A DNA stretch of 64,000 nt from Thalia democratica (taxonomy: Eukaryota): contig OZ241828.1 in NCBI GenBank assembly GCA_965202585.1, positions 72,726,001 through 72,790,000 on the forward strand, in the 5' to 3' direction. Each line of letters starts with the position of its first letter. The first letter of the stretch is position 1. Shown piece by piece: positions 48,904 through 60,497 of the stretch. The notes under the pieces were generated by a model. That model was not told the origin of the DNA. It did not search any database and worked only from the letters and a program-made list of their open reading frames with translations. Position numbers and translations under genes: made by a program.

Positions 48904-50114
48904 TTTTTTTTTTTTGAAGTAAAAATCAGTAAGATATACTCAAAAAGATGGATGTGAAAATTAAAAAAGTGAATTATAAATTTTAAATTGACGTTTGTTG
49001 TTGTATTTTTGTGTTTGTCCCTTCATCGCAGAGATAAATTAAAAAAAACACAAATGTAAACTAATGTTTTTAATGTTACGTAAAAGTTGTTTTTTAAAGT
49101 CAAAAATTATCTTAACTTTCTAAATCTCAATTTTTTTTAAATATCAAAATATTTCTTTGAAGAGATAATTTTGTAGAGTTTTTATTTTTTTCAAGTAAAG
49201 TAATTAAGTATATTTAAAGAGATTAATGTCAAGTTAAAAAAAAATAGTTAAACTAGACTATAAATTTTAAAGCATTTAATTTTGTTATTGAAGTTTTATT
49301 ATTTTCTCTAAGTTATTGAAATTGGATAAAAAAAAAGTCTTTTGCATTTTTTTATTAGAAAAATATTTTGATCTAGTTTGTATTTTTAAGGTTTCTAAAG
49401 AAGTTTTAATTACAAAGTTTAAAATGTGTAATTGAAAAATATGTAATATTCTCTTTAGGTTTTTTATTCCTGAAATATTTCAAATACCAATCGGTATTTA
49501 GTTAGCTTTTTCTTTTTAACATTTCTTTTGAAAAACTTTTATTGCTGCTAAAGTTTTTTTGTTGGTTTATTTTAATTTATAAAAAAAAGCTGGTAACAAA
49601 AAACTTGTAGTTTAAATTTTTAAACAGTATATCTTTTTATTAGTTTATGTTAGTAATGCTGTTTTTATGCTAAAAGTATAAGTAAATTACTACTGCAGTT
49701 TCATATTTTTTAAAAGATTGTATATACATATAAGAAACCTATTTTTAAACTGGTATACTCAAAACCTAGAAAACTTTTCAATTTAAACTTTTTTTATTCA
49801 TTCGATCCTTTTTTTTTTATTTATTATGGCCGAGTTAAGACTTAATTTTAAGATTTTAGTGTATTTAGTAGTACTCTAATAAAATTTGTAAAAGAATTTC
49901 CTGAAAAACTTACTAGCAAAATTAGTTTTACTGAATGATCAAATACTTATATTATTAAATTTTAATTTACCCTTTAGGTAAACCATATAAAGTTAAATAT
50001 TTTTTTACTGAGTGTACTCACTTTTGTTTATAACATAAATAAAAGAATAAAAAACAAGAGGGGATACTTGAGCTTTCAAAACAATTTCATAGAAGCTCAC
50101 ATTATAAACTCATA

Positions 50115-50166
50115 TTTCATGTTGACACCGTTTCGACTTATCCTCAGTCATTGTCAAAAACAAAAC
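50115..50166 (-). ncRNA. Degenerate minimal hammerhead-like motif (Penelope-like element relic)
   Basis: tTGAcaA-T-GACT(gaggata)AGTC-GAAAC-ggt-GTC-aaca, with tgtt/aaca stem I; two core substitutions. Confidence 0.45.
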
Positions 50167-50722
50167 TGTGCAAAAAAATAAGTATTAAACAACTAAATAT
50201 ACAGTAGAGATAAAGTTATATATATATATGAACAGTTATATACTAAAAATTACAAGTTTAGCAATAAAATTTATGCTCATAAACATTTACACATGGTAAA
50301 ATATATATATACAACTAATCAAAAATTCTTAATATGTGTGGAAAATTTCCGGTTCAGTTAATTGCTTGTTTGAAATTGGATTATAACGTTTGGTCAATAT
50401 AGCTTTGCTGAACAGAATCTCAAACTTATTCCTACATTCTTTTAAAGTACCAAAATTATTATCAGTTACTTCTTTAAATTTGAAAGTTACTAATATGGTC
50501 AGATACAACTGTTTTTCGTCTTAAACGTTCTTTGACTCTTTCTATCAGTGGTCTCAAACTAATATACTATGAATTTGTCATGTGTATCTCTTTGAAATTG
50601 TTTTTGTAAACATAATAAAATATTTTGTAAACTAACTATGTTCGAAATAAACAAAAAAGTGTGAAAACTAATTAGTGCAGCTTTAACGATGCTGTTCATA
50701 CAAAATTAACTGTAATTTTTAT

Positions 50723-51332
50723 GGGTAGCTGTCAATTTTACACGAGCGTACAAAGTTGCACGAAAAGTTACTTATGCACCAGAACAAAGAATAGTAATTA
50801 TAATAAAGTACCGACCAATGATCAGGGGTCACAGTGATAGCATAATTTAAAGAAAACAAATAAATAGTAAGAAAACAAAGTTACCATCCAAGTATTTATA
50901 AGTTAAATGTTATGGGTGGGCATTTTTAGTGGTTAGGTGTCAAATATGCACGAAGACACTTTTGCACGGTTTTTTTTTAACTTTTACTGTGAATCCTTAC
51001 CCTTAGTCAGTAACTTTATATATATATATTTGTTTTGATTTTTAAATTACCATTGTTACCCCTTAGCCTTGGTTGGTAATGTTTTTTTTTTTTTTAGTTT
51101 TTACTAATTTTGTTAATCCTTACCCTTAATCAGTGTTTTAACTTTCTTGTAATTTTTTTTTATTAGTTTTTATTTTTTTTATGTTTTATAATTCTTTATT
51201 ACTGTCACTGTTACCCCCTAATCCTCGGTTGGTTTTCTTTTTATTAATATTTTCTACTATGGTGCAAAAACAACCCTTCGTGCATATTTGACGCTTCATG
51301 CAAAAGTGTCTTTGTTCATATTTGACCGTCCC
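50723..51332. mobile_element. GCACGA-subrepeat MITE (copy 3; probably two adjacent or nested partial copies)
   Basis: gggtagctgtcaattttacacga (50723) and ggtgtcaaatatgcacga (50936) ... catatttgaccgtccc; interior cactgttacccccta. Confidence 0.75.
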
Positions 51333-51827
51333 GATCTTTAGTACATACTTCAATTGTACTTTTTATATAAGCTTTTTTAAATGTTTAAGTTTTGCAAAAA
51401 TTTACAATTTTATGTAGTTCGGGTAACAAAACATGTATCAATATTGTAAAACTATGTCTTTTTTAATGTTGTTAAATGTATGTGAGTATGTTAAATTTAT
51501 GAAAGGTTTGTTTTTGTTCGCAACTGAGGTATAAACATTATTTTAAAAGTAACATACAAAATACATTTAATTTAGTATATAAATATTAACTTGAAAATTA
51601 ACTAAAAGTTTTTATTTTTATGGAAACTCAATCATTTTATACGTTTTTGAATTGTAAATTTAACTTATATATTCTTGTATAAAATTTATGTAATTTAATT
51701 TTTAAAGATAAAATATACTAAACTAATTATAATAAAACTAAATGATTAACTTTTGGTTTTTTATCGAAATTTCTTACTGTTTACAACTCATTGTTCTAAC
51801 TTTTTAAATTACGATTTTCTATTAGAG

Positions 51828-51980
51828 CTAGTTATTTATTTCCAGCCCGCAGATCCCTTTTGAGCCCAAAATGCCGAAGGTGTTTAAATATTTTCTAAAG
51901 AAATAACCAGTGTCATAATTCTTATTTTCCAGTTGTCGTGCTAATTTATCCCCACTTATCAGCCGCCGTAGTCCCCTCGC
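51828..51980 (-). CDS. Candidate terminal exon (speculative)
   Basis: aaatttttag|ARGLRRLISGDKLARQLENKNYDTGYFFRKYLNTFGILGSKGICGLEINN TAG; 50 open codons in phase 0 after a strong acceptor, elevated GC. Confidence 0.25.
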   Translation of the reverse strand, partial: ARGLRRLISGDKLARQLENKNYDTGYFFRKYLNTFGILGSKGICGLEINN

Positions 51981-52291
51981 CTAAAAATTTACAAATATTG
52001 AATTAATTTTGAGAAATTGATTTATTTTACCTACTAGTCTGATGTAAAATAACTTAAGAAACAATAGTTTGCACTGATTGTAACAAGCTGTTAACAAAGT
52101 TTTCATTACTTTTTTTTTATTGACGCAACGTAATTATAAGCTAACTTTTGTCTTTGGTCATAGTAAAGTACACGAACATTAGCAAAAGTGCCAAGGAGCT
52201 CACGCTCCACTTGTTGTCATTGGACGTCAGACCTGCAAGTAAAATGCAAAGGGGTCGTGACCAAGACTTCGGATACGAGGAAGGCGCTTAC

Positions 52292-52421
52292 CGGAACCAA
52301 TAGGTGAGACGAAGCGGTATTTGGCAATACTGAACATCTGTTGTACAGTTGTGAATCGGGCTTGACTTTAGGAGCCACAGGAATGCGAACCCTTCGCCAG
52401 GACCGGACAAGTGCTGAGCCC
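52292..52421 (-). CDS. Candidate downstream exon (speculative)
   Basis: taattcctag|G GSALVRSWRRVRIPVAPKVKPDSQLYNRCSVLPNTASSHLLVP |GTAAGC; phase-compatible with donor TG|GTAAGT at 54280. Confidence 0.2.
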
Positions 52422-53441
52422 CTAGGAATTAGTTATTTACTATTTATCAGTAGATTTGCTGCGGCTCAAAATAATTTTTACGTCAACTGATCAAACTGTT
52501 AAGTTATAACTTTTAATACTTTAAGTAAGAGTTTCCCAACTTTAAATATACTTTTTATCTTTCTGGCTTGTTGGGCATCTCTCTTACTTTTGCTACTCTG
52601 TTTTCAAAAGTAAACTGTTTTTCCTTGAGGGTTCTTTTTGACCACAGTTACTCCGATATTCATGTTATAAGATGAGTTTTTGTTTCAGTAAAGCGGAGGA
52701 GTTCAAGTCTAGCTTGAATTCGACAAAAAATTAAAACTTTGTTTTATGATATAATTAGGAAATTTTTACTTAAGTTGGCGGGTGCATTGACTGCACTCCT
52801 GATATAAAAATTGTGGCCAAAACACCAATTTAACAACTTTACTCTTAGGATAAAGCAATCGTTTTTGGAATTTATTATTTCTAGTGTAGCTCAGTTTATA
52901 TATTTTGAAGGTTTTTGAAGTGTAGCTATTTTAAAGTAATTGATTTAAGTTTGTTGTTTGAACTTTATTTCTTTAAGGGTACATCCTAGTGCCAGTTAAT
53001 TTTTATATAAATTAAAATAATGACACTTTTAACTAATTTGAGCTAATTTTTTCCGACAACTACCTAACCTTTTAATTTATGAAAATTTTTAGTATAAGTT
53101 TTCCGAGTCACTTAAGGCTTTTTCTTTCAGATAAATAACATCAAGTTTTGCCTCGTAGAAACACTACAACTAAATAAAGAATGGTGTTTTTTATAAGTTG
53201 ATAACGCTGCTGTGGAGTTTTAAATAGGTACGTAGGAAAAGTAAACTATTCTGAAATATTTAAATAAAATAACAAGCTGTTTTGTTTTTTTCTTTTATTT
53301 TGTTGACAACGAAAACTAAGCGATTTTATATTAAATAAACATACAATAATCAAACTAAATAACCGAAACATGCTACATGCAAATAACTCAAACAAAACAG
53401 AAAATTGTTTCAGTCAAACATCAAATGAATAATCAGCAAAC

Positions 53442-54275
53442 CTATTCAGTTTCAAAAAGGTCAGAACACTTCCTGTGCAGACTACTACACAATGCTTTAA
53501 ACATCTCTACAAATTTCCGAACGTGTTCACTTTTTATGTTTCCAACCGTCTTATCACAAAAGGCTTCAATATTTTTGTTCATCTTAAATACCTCTGTTTT
53601 CAAAACTGATACATCCTTTTTCAGTGTATCATCACTAGCACTTAACAACGCAGTTTCGAGTTGTTCTGTTTGGACTGCGTAGTACATCAAAAAGTTTCTA
53701 ATTTCATTGCAGTCTGATCGAATATCTTTAAAATATTCTTTTCTTTGCAGATTACTGAGAGTTAACAATTGACCGATTTTTTTTTCAATTTCTGTTAACA
53801 GCAGCTGTTTTAAACTAAGAATCAGGAAAATAAACTTCCTTAGCTCCATCTCAAAAAGACTGTTCTTCAAAGCATTTTCTAGCATTTTCTTAGCTTCTTT
53901 AGTATTATTCAGTTGTAAGACAATGCAATTTTCGGCTTCAGTATTTCTCTCAGAAGAATTTACATTTTCGCATTTGATAAGTATATCTAAAACTTTAGAT
54001 ATAACATCTCTCAAATTTTTAAGGTACGAAATTAAACTTTTTGTATTTTCTTTGCAGCTTTTAGCATCTGTTCTGTTTGTGTCAGATTTTTTTAGGTCGC
54101 TGCGACCAGTCTTTTCTTCAATCGATGTTTTGCTTTGCGTAAGCTCATCATTAAAAGTTAGCTCGTTTTTATTACTATCATTTTTCAAAACTTTTACTGG
54201 AACTTTGAAATGTGAATTTGCAACACTACTTTTTTCTACATGCATTTTCGTCTTATCAGTTTCTCTCGAAACCAA
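53442..54275 (-). CDS. Uncharacterised helical/coiled-coil ORF (277 aa), probably the C-terminal half of the 54921 gene across a 1-nt frameshift
   Basis: An 834-nt open frame is unlikely by chance in such AT-rich DNA; it is K/E/L-rich. Its frame stays open upstream through the A9 run at 54288-54296, and removing one A fuses both ORFs into 492 aa. Confidence 0.65.
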   Translation of the reverse strand: MVSRETDKTKMHVEKSSVANSHFKVPVKVLKNDSNKNELTFNDELTQSKTSIEEKTGRSDLKKSDTNRTDAKSCKENTKSLISYLKNLRDVISKVLDILIKCENVNSSERNTEAENCIVLQLNNTKEAKKMLENALKNSLFEMELRKFIFLILSLKQLLLTEIEKKIGQLLTLSNLQRKEYFKDIRSDCNEIRNFLMYYAVQTEQLETALLSASDDTLKKDVSVLKTEVFKMNKNIEAFCDKTVGNIKSEHVRKFVEMFKALCSSLHRKCSDLFETE

Positions 54276-54276
54276 C

Positions 54277-54921
54277 TTACCAGAATGTTTTTTTTTCGAA
54301 GCTAGAGTCAGAATCTTGGACGGAGATTCTCATTTCAGAAGAGTTAGATTGACTAGTATTTTCATCAGACTCATGTCTCATACGCTCCGAACTTATACCT
54401 TCATCAATCAAATGCTTTGCAAAGCACAAAATTGAAGTTTCAGGGTCGACAAGCTTGTAAATAAGCCAGCCGTGACCTTTTCTCCTCACCATCAAGTAAG
54501 GGTTGTGGTCGTCTCCTAAATGCATGTCAATCTGGCGAAAATAATCGCGAGAAATAAGCGAAACATTTACCATGGCGATTTGAACGCCGTGCGACTTCAT
54601 TGCTGCGTAGTTCAACGTTGTTACTAAATGCTTGCAACTTTCTTTGAACTCGAACACACAAACAACTTGAGACTCAAATTCAGAAACTTTGGAGCTCATA
54701 AACTGGCGAACATGCGCTGCAGAGGAAGGCCAGTGCAAATGGATGAACAAACCGTTGGCGGTGTGAGAGATCTCGTAGATTTTGGACTTCATGTGATCAA
54801 TCGCGCCCGCCGAGTAATCGTTTTCCAATAGGTAATCCCCCGGTTGGATGCCCTCGGCAATTTCTTTTTGAACTAACTCCGCTTCATTACAACCCCAGCC
54901 AATACAATTTGACTCATTCAT
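54277..54921 (-). CDS. Uncharacterised protein, N-terminal ORF (214 aa) with a possible redox-inactive thioredoxin-like domain
   Basis: 645-nt ATG-started ORF, clearly more GC-rich than background, preceded by an acceptor-like tttaacag. VVCVFEFKESCKHL...AA...GVQIAMVNV...P.LM..RKG...Y weakly matches the Trx-fold pattern, without CxxC. Confidence 0.75.
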   Translation of the reverse strand: MNESNCIGWGCNEAELVQKEIAEGIQPGDYLLENDYSAGAIDHMKSKIYEISHTANGLFIHLHWPSSAAHVRQFMSSKVSEFESQVVCVFEFKESCKHLVTTLNYAAMKSHGVQIAMVNVSLISRDYFRQIDMHLGDDHNPYLMVRRKGHGWLIYKLVDPETSILCFAKHLIDEGISSERMRHESDENTSQSNSSEMRISVQDSDSSFEKKTFW

Positions 54922-56435
54922 GTGTACTAATTTTAAATGCTGTTAAATATTTAAATTTCTTTTTAAACTCTTTACTTAAAGGTTTAGATGTATTAAAAAC
55001 ATTCAACTATATATTAAGATTATTTGTGTAAGATAATTGTAAAAATTGTTAACATTTTAACACTTAAGTTTTCGTTAAGTTTTCGATAAAAACAAATTTA
55101 AACAGGTTTCAATTGAATAAAAAACATGTACAATAGCAATACAATATTTCAAAGATAGTTTTAAACTACTTGAATAACCTTTTTTATCTATCTTTAGTTT
55201 ATATTTTATTTGATAGAAAAATAAAATTTGTGCTTCAAACAGAAAATAAAATATAAAAAACAATGAAGAAGTTTAATAAACACATAAAATAATTTCATAT
55301 TTTTTGGGCGTAGTGAAACTTTAAACAATTTAGCTAATATTTCTTTAATATCTTAGTACTAATGTATACAATTAAGTAAACTTAATTATATTTTTTGATT
55401 TTTAGCAAAATTTTAAACATGAAATAAATAAATAAATTCCACTTTTATGTTGGTGACAAATTTAAACAACTAATTAGTGACAAATGTAGGTTTGATTTTT
55501 GCAGATTATTAAAATAAAACATTGTTTCACTATCATAGTAAACTATAAATATTCTTTAATCGCTAAACAAGTATTTAACAAAATAGTTTTATTTAGAATT
55601 TTAGTAGTTTTAAAAGACAACAATACAGGTACTATGAAAACTAGTAAAATTTGTAATTAAAAGCAAAACTCTTGTTCAATAATGCAAAACAATCATTTAT
55701 ATTCCGAATTTAAGAAGTAGAAGTTTTCTACAAAAAGCTGCAAGTTTCAAAACTTATTCAGTACTATTTCAATTGTTTTAACTTATTTAGACATTTCTAT
55801 GTACTTTTTGAAATTTTACTCTGAATCATGATACATGGCTCTGGTGTCTTAAACAAACAATATATTTTAGCTAAAGGGTAAAATTAGCAAATTTGATGAT
55901 ATTTTTTTCTTGTTTAAACTTGGACTTAATTTTAATCTTTCATGAACTTTTTCAAACTTTATTACTTTGTACCCTTTAATCAAAGGTTAAACTCATAATA
56001 TTGTTGTTTTTGTTTTGTGTTAATACAGCAAGCCAATAATTTAAATCTAAAAAGGTTTAAATTTACACAAATCTAACATTTAAAGTTTTACTTAGGGTGT
56101 AAAATTACAACTAGTGTTTCAGTTAGTCTTGTTACTGTCTGTCTCTAATTATATTGTGTTTTTTAGAAATTGAGTTTAAACTTACCTTGGAAAAAAAATA
56201 CAAATTTATTCTCAAAAAGCCTATAACTAACTAAATCAAATACTTTAACGTTTCAATCTATAAATGAACTAATTAAAAAATCTTTATCATGATATTAAAA
56301 CTTGTATTCATTATTGGGCTCTTTTGATTGGTTAAAAATCCTATGTGTTTATAAGGCTGAACAGTTTTAAAAACTGAGCTTAGTAAACATTTACATTTTG
56401 CATATTCCACTAATAATATTTTTTATGCTTTATCT

Positions 56436-56768
56436 CAGGGTTCGACAGTCTTTTTATAAGTCACCGGTCAGTTTTTCTACACAATTGGCACTAAAAAAGA
56501 AAATTTCTACGGGCCGCAGCTATTTTAAAATATTTTTATAACCTACATAAAAACACTAGTTAAGCAAAACTGTAACAAAATAAGCAAAAGTATATAATTA
56601 TTAATAAGTACTTATTATGTTATTATATAATTGTAGGCTTTTACCACTAAAACTTTTCATATTACTTTATATAAAGGTATATTATGAGATGAAAAGTACC
56701 TTGAAGGCCTCAGGTTTAAGCTTTGAGCGGCGTGTGTGGCCCGCAGGGCGGCAATTTGCCAATCCCTG
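56436..56768. mobile_element. hAT/Charlie-like MITE
   Basis: cagggttcgaca ... tggcccgcagggcggcaatttgccaatccctg; degenerate TSD ctttatct/tactatct. Confidence 0.65.
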
Positions 56769-57510
56769 TACTATCTTATGTGAAACAGAGGCACTTTATG
56801 GGAGATAGATAATGGAACAAAAAAAAACTCAAATTAATTATTTATTGAAATTTATTCAATTAGTTACTTTAGTTTTAAACTTAAATTTTTTTGGTTATAT
56901 GTGTCTGAAATTTACAATTTAATATATTAAATGGTCATAAATAGTAATACTAGTGCAAATTAACTGTTCTATTCACAACCAAGTTTCGGTTGGAATAAAT
57001 TTCGACCTGGTCAAATATTTATAAAATAGTAAACTGAACAACGTTGATTATCTATAACAATATTTAAAACTTTTTTAAGTATGAAAATATAAACAAAACT
57101 AAAATAATTTATCATCTATATTTCGGGTTTGAAATAAAGACAAAAAAGTAAAATTAACTCTGAAGCCTGCAAATATTTTTATGTTCGAAATTTGACACAC
57201 GATCGCCGAATGCCTTCAAAACCATGATCTAATTCTAATCAAATGTTAATATAAGTATTTATATTTTTTGCTAGTTTTTTATGTAAATTACTTTGTGTTT
57301 ACTACTTAAAAACGTTTAGTTTAACTTGAACGTTACTTTACCTAATTATGACTAGTTTTTTTAAATGCCTTTATTTGTAATACCTTAAGGTTTTTAGATC
57401 AGTATATTTTTTAAAGAATAATACGAGTTCAAATATTTTAAAAAACTATTTTTATTTGATGTACAACATTGTTTACTATAAATGTTTTACGTTTATATGA
57501 TTACTAGTTT

Positions 57511-57702
57511 TTGTGATGTACCTGATTCAAGTATCCGGACTCGAATCCGGATCCGACCATGTCCTTATTTGAAAATATTATCCGAATTCGGATCCAACCG
57601 GATCTTACTTTGAAAAAAGTATCCAGATACGGCCGGATATTATTGTGATAATTTTTTTTGGATTTGGGATGGTCCAAAATTTGTAGATTTGGTAGATCAC
57701 GA
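57511..57702. mobile_element. hAT-type GGATCC-family MITE, unexpanded copy
   Basis: ttgtgatgtacc...ggtagatcacga TIR like the 18754 element; contains one gaccatgtccttatttgaaaatattatccgaattcggatcc unit. Confidence 0.8.
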
Positions 57703-58316
57703 GGCTTTTCATACCTTCATTATTATATTAAGGCTTAGAAAAATATAGACTACAAAAGTCTTAACCGCTATTTAGCGTCTTATTAGTTGAAAAAAACATT
57801 TTGGTTATTGTATCTTACAGCTTAAAGGTTACAAAAATTGGTACTCGTGTGAAGAATAGAATAATGCATATAGGATATGAAAACAAGCTTTACAACTTTA
57901 CAAAAACGAAAGTATAAAATTGAAGAGTATATACTTTACATAGTTTAAAAACTTTAGAAATGTCAAGTTTTTAAATATTTTTTAATTTGTACTTTTAATA
58001 GAAAAAAAATTAAGAAAGTTTAGGAATATTTAACTGAAATATTTTTAAAGTGCAGTTTGACAATACTCACATTATTTACAATTTAGCATTATACCATTGT
58101 TACTATGAATGAAGTATTATGCTTTATTCTAGGTAACTGCGGCCTAAATTTAATTTTTATAAGGAAAATTTCTAGGCCTGTGACTTATAAAAGCCTCGGA
58201 CTGTTGGTTTAGAGCTTTTCACTATGATATTTTTTTGTTGGATTGTAAAATAAAACTAAGTATTTATTTAAGGCTTTAATCTCAGCTACATGTATAACCG
58301 TACTTACTTATTCATC
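57703..58316 (+). repeat. Direct duplication, copy A (paired with 63388-64000)
   Basis: Nearly colinear, high similarity from ggcttt..atacct to gtataaccgtacttacttatt. Confidence 0.92.
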
Positions 58317-58873
58317 ACACAAATAGTTTATCACCATTTTGTTTTTATCTTTACTCGTGAACCTAACTCTGTTCAAATAAAATTTTCGTTTTTCGTCTAT
58401 CTTTTTTGTAATCTTTTTTATAATTTTTAAAACTTGCGGAAGTACATGGTCTAATTTGTATGTTGTAAGAGTAAATGTTTAATCTTAAGTTGAACTTGAG
58501 ACATTTAAACATTTTTGCGGTTCGTTTTGTATTTTTAACATTTATAAAGTCGATATTTTAATTCTTATACCGAATGCAAATAATAAAAATACAAAATGAT
58601 CGTTAGTATGGTTTGCATGCATTTAAAAAAAAAACTTAGTATTTAGCTTGATCATAAACTTGATCGTGTTTATGTAAGTTTTCAAAATGATTTATTCCAG
58701 CAACACCAATGGACTTATTCATAAACACATAAGAATTTATTTTACTAAACAAGTAGTACAGTATTACATATTATTTGTAAGCATGTTAAAATTACTAGCA
58801 AATTAAATCTTTAGGATTCCAATTATAAGATATACGGATCCAGCAAAATCCGAAATTAGTTGATTTAGTAGAT

Positions 58874-59559
58874 GGGTAGCTGTCTAATTTGCACGAGCGT
58901 ACAAAATTGCACGAGGGGACAAAATTGCACGAAGACTAATTTGCATGAAGGCACAAAATCGCACGAACATGCTTTTGCAGGAGCAGACAATTTTGCACGG
59001 AGACATTTTTACACGGGTAATTATTTTTAATTTCTGTATTAATTTCTTTACTTTTAATTTATTTATCTTTTACTATCACTGTTACCCCTAACCCTCGGTC
59101 GTTAAGTTAGTTTTATTATTATTTTGACTAAAAAAAAAATATTTCTTAAACTTTTATTTTCATTTTTTACTATCACTGTTACCCCTAACCCTTACCCTCG
59201 GTCAGTAGATTTTTTTTTTAATATATATTTATCTTTTTTTTTAATTAATTTATTTTTATTAGTTATTTTTATTTTTACTATCACTGTTACCTCTAACCCT
59301 TACTCTCGGTCAGTAACTTTTTTTCTTTTTTTATTTAATGTTTTATTATCATTATTTTTTTATTATTTAAAATTTTTTTTTTTTGTATTTTTTTACTCTT
59401 GTGCATAAATTTAACTCGTGAAAAATTGACCCTTGGTGCAAAATCGTCTTCGTGCAATTTTGTTCTCGTGAAATTTAGTCCCCTCGTGCAGTTTTGTTCC
59501 CTCTTGCAATTAGGTGCCCTCGTGAAAATTTGGCTTCGTGCAATTTAGACCCGTTCCCC
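58874..59559. mobile_element. GCACGA-subrepeat MITE (copy 4, longest)
   Basis: gggtagctgtctaatttgcacga ... tcgtgcaatttagacccgttcccc; three internal tactatcactgttacccctaaccct units. Confidence 0.85.
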
Positions 59560-60497
59560 AGTAAATTACTACTTTACTTGAATTACCATTCAGGTTTCTA
59601 TAAACATAATGTTTTTCCTAAATGAACATCTTTCTTTTTATTTACTAAACATTTAGTAAAATTGTAATGATATTAACATTTCATTTTCTTGTTTTAAAGC
59701 GGATGTTGTAAACTGTTTTACGCAGATTTCGTGACGTGCTTCCAGTATTGTAAAAACAAAAACATTTTTTATTGTTAGGAGTTACATTTGTTTCAGTGCT
59801 TATAAAACGAAATTTTACTTACATTTACTTGCAGTAGCAGTTTTGGCAGAGAATTCGGCAGTTATTAGTGTGCTTTAAGTTAATATGCATTTTTAAACAC
59901 GTTAGATTTAAGAACTAATGTTTTTATGTGTGTTTAACTTTAGTTCTCGTATAGAGTGATGTAATTGTATCTTTGTGTTGTTTAGTTTATGTAAATAAAA
60001 TATAATTGTTGTTTGATTGTTGTACACTAATCTACTTTACTAATCCATATTACCCCCCCCCCCCCATAATAAAATCTCTGTAACGGGATAATTAGAGACC
60101 ATGTGTGACCTGAACTTTAGGAATCTTCTATAAGGAATCAGGTGCCTTATCAATTAAAAAACGCAGCGAAAAAAAAAAACTTTAGTTAAATACTAAACAA
60201 CTTTTTAATGAGTTTAAAATTTTGACAGTAAGGTTTGCGATAATACTTTACTTTGCGTCATTTCACTATGATAATAGTAAGAAAAATTGTGTGAAAATCT
60301 TTGTACTTTGAAACAGCAAGTTTACAAATATTATACAAGTGTGTAGTAGTGGTTTATTGAGTTTTATAAAAAGAGAAGCTTGATGTCAAGAATGTTTTGC
60401 TAAAAATACTATATGATTTTTGCGGTAATTTTTACTTATGCTTTTTTAGTGCTTAGGTGCACATTTTACTTGGTAACGAGCATAATTTTTTCTTTTA

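Noticed and set aside
52160-52215. Resemblance to RNase MRP RNA (AAAGT.C.CG...GCA.AAGTGCCA plus hairpin)
   Set aside because: The CR-I GAAAGUCCCC is not intact and no complementary GGGGCUCA P4 partner lies downstream on the same strand; kept only as part of the unexplained island.
53377-54831. Plus-strand ORFs 53377-53682, 53923-54435, 54628-54831
   Set aside because: They are antisense shadows of the long minus-strand coding region.
60053-60065. C13 homopolymer (G-tract on the minus strand)
   Set aside because: An isolated run with no associated structure; possible G4 only.
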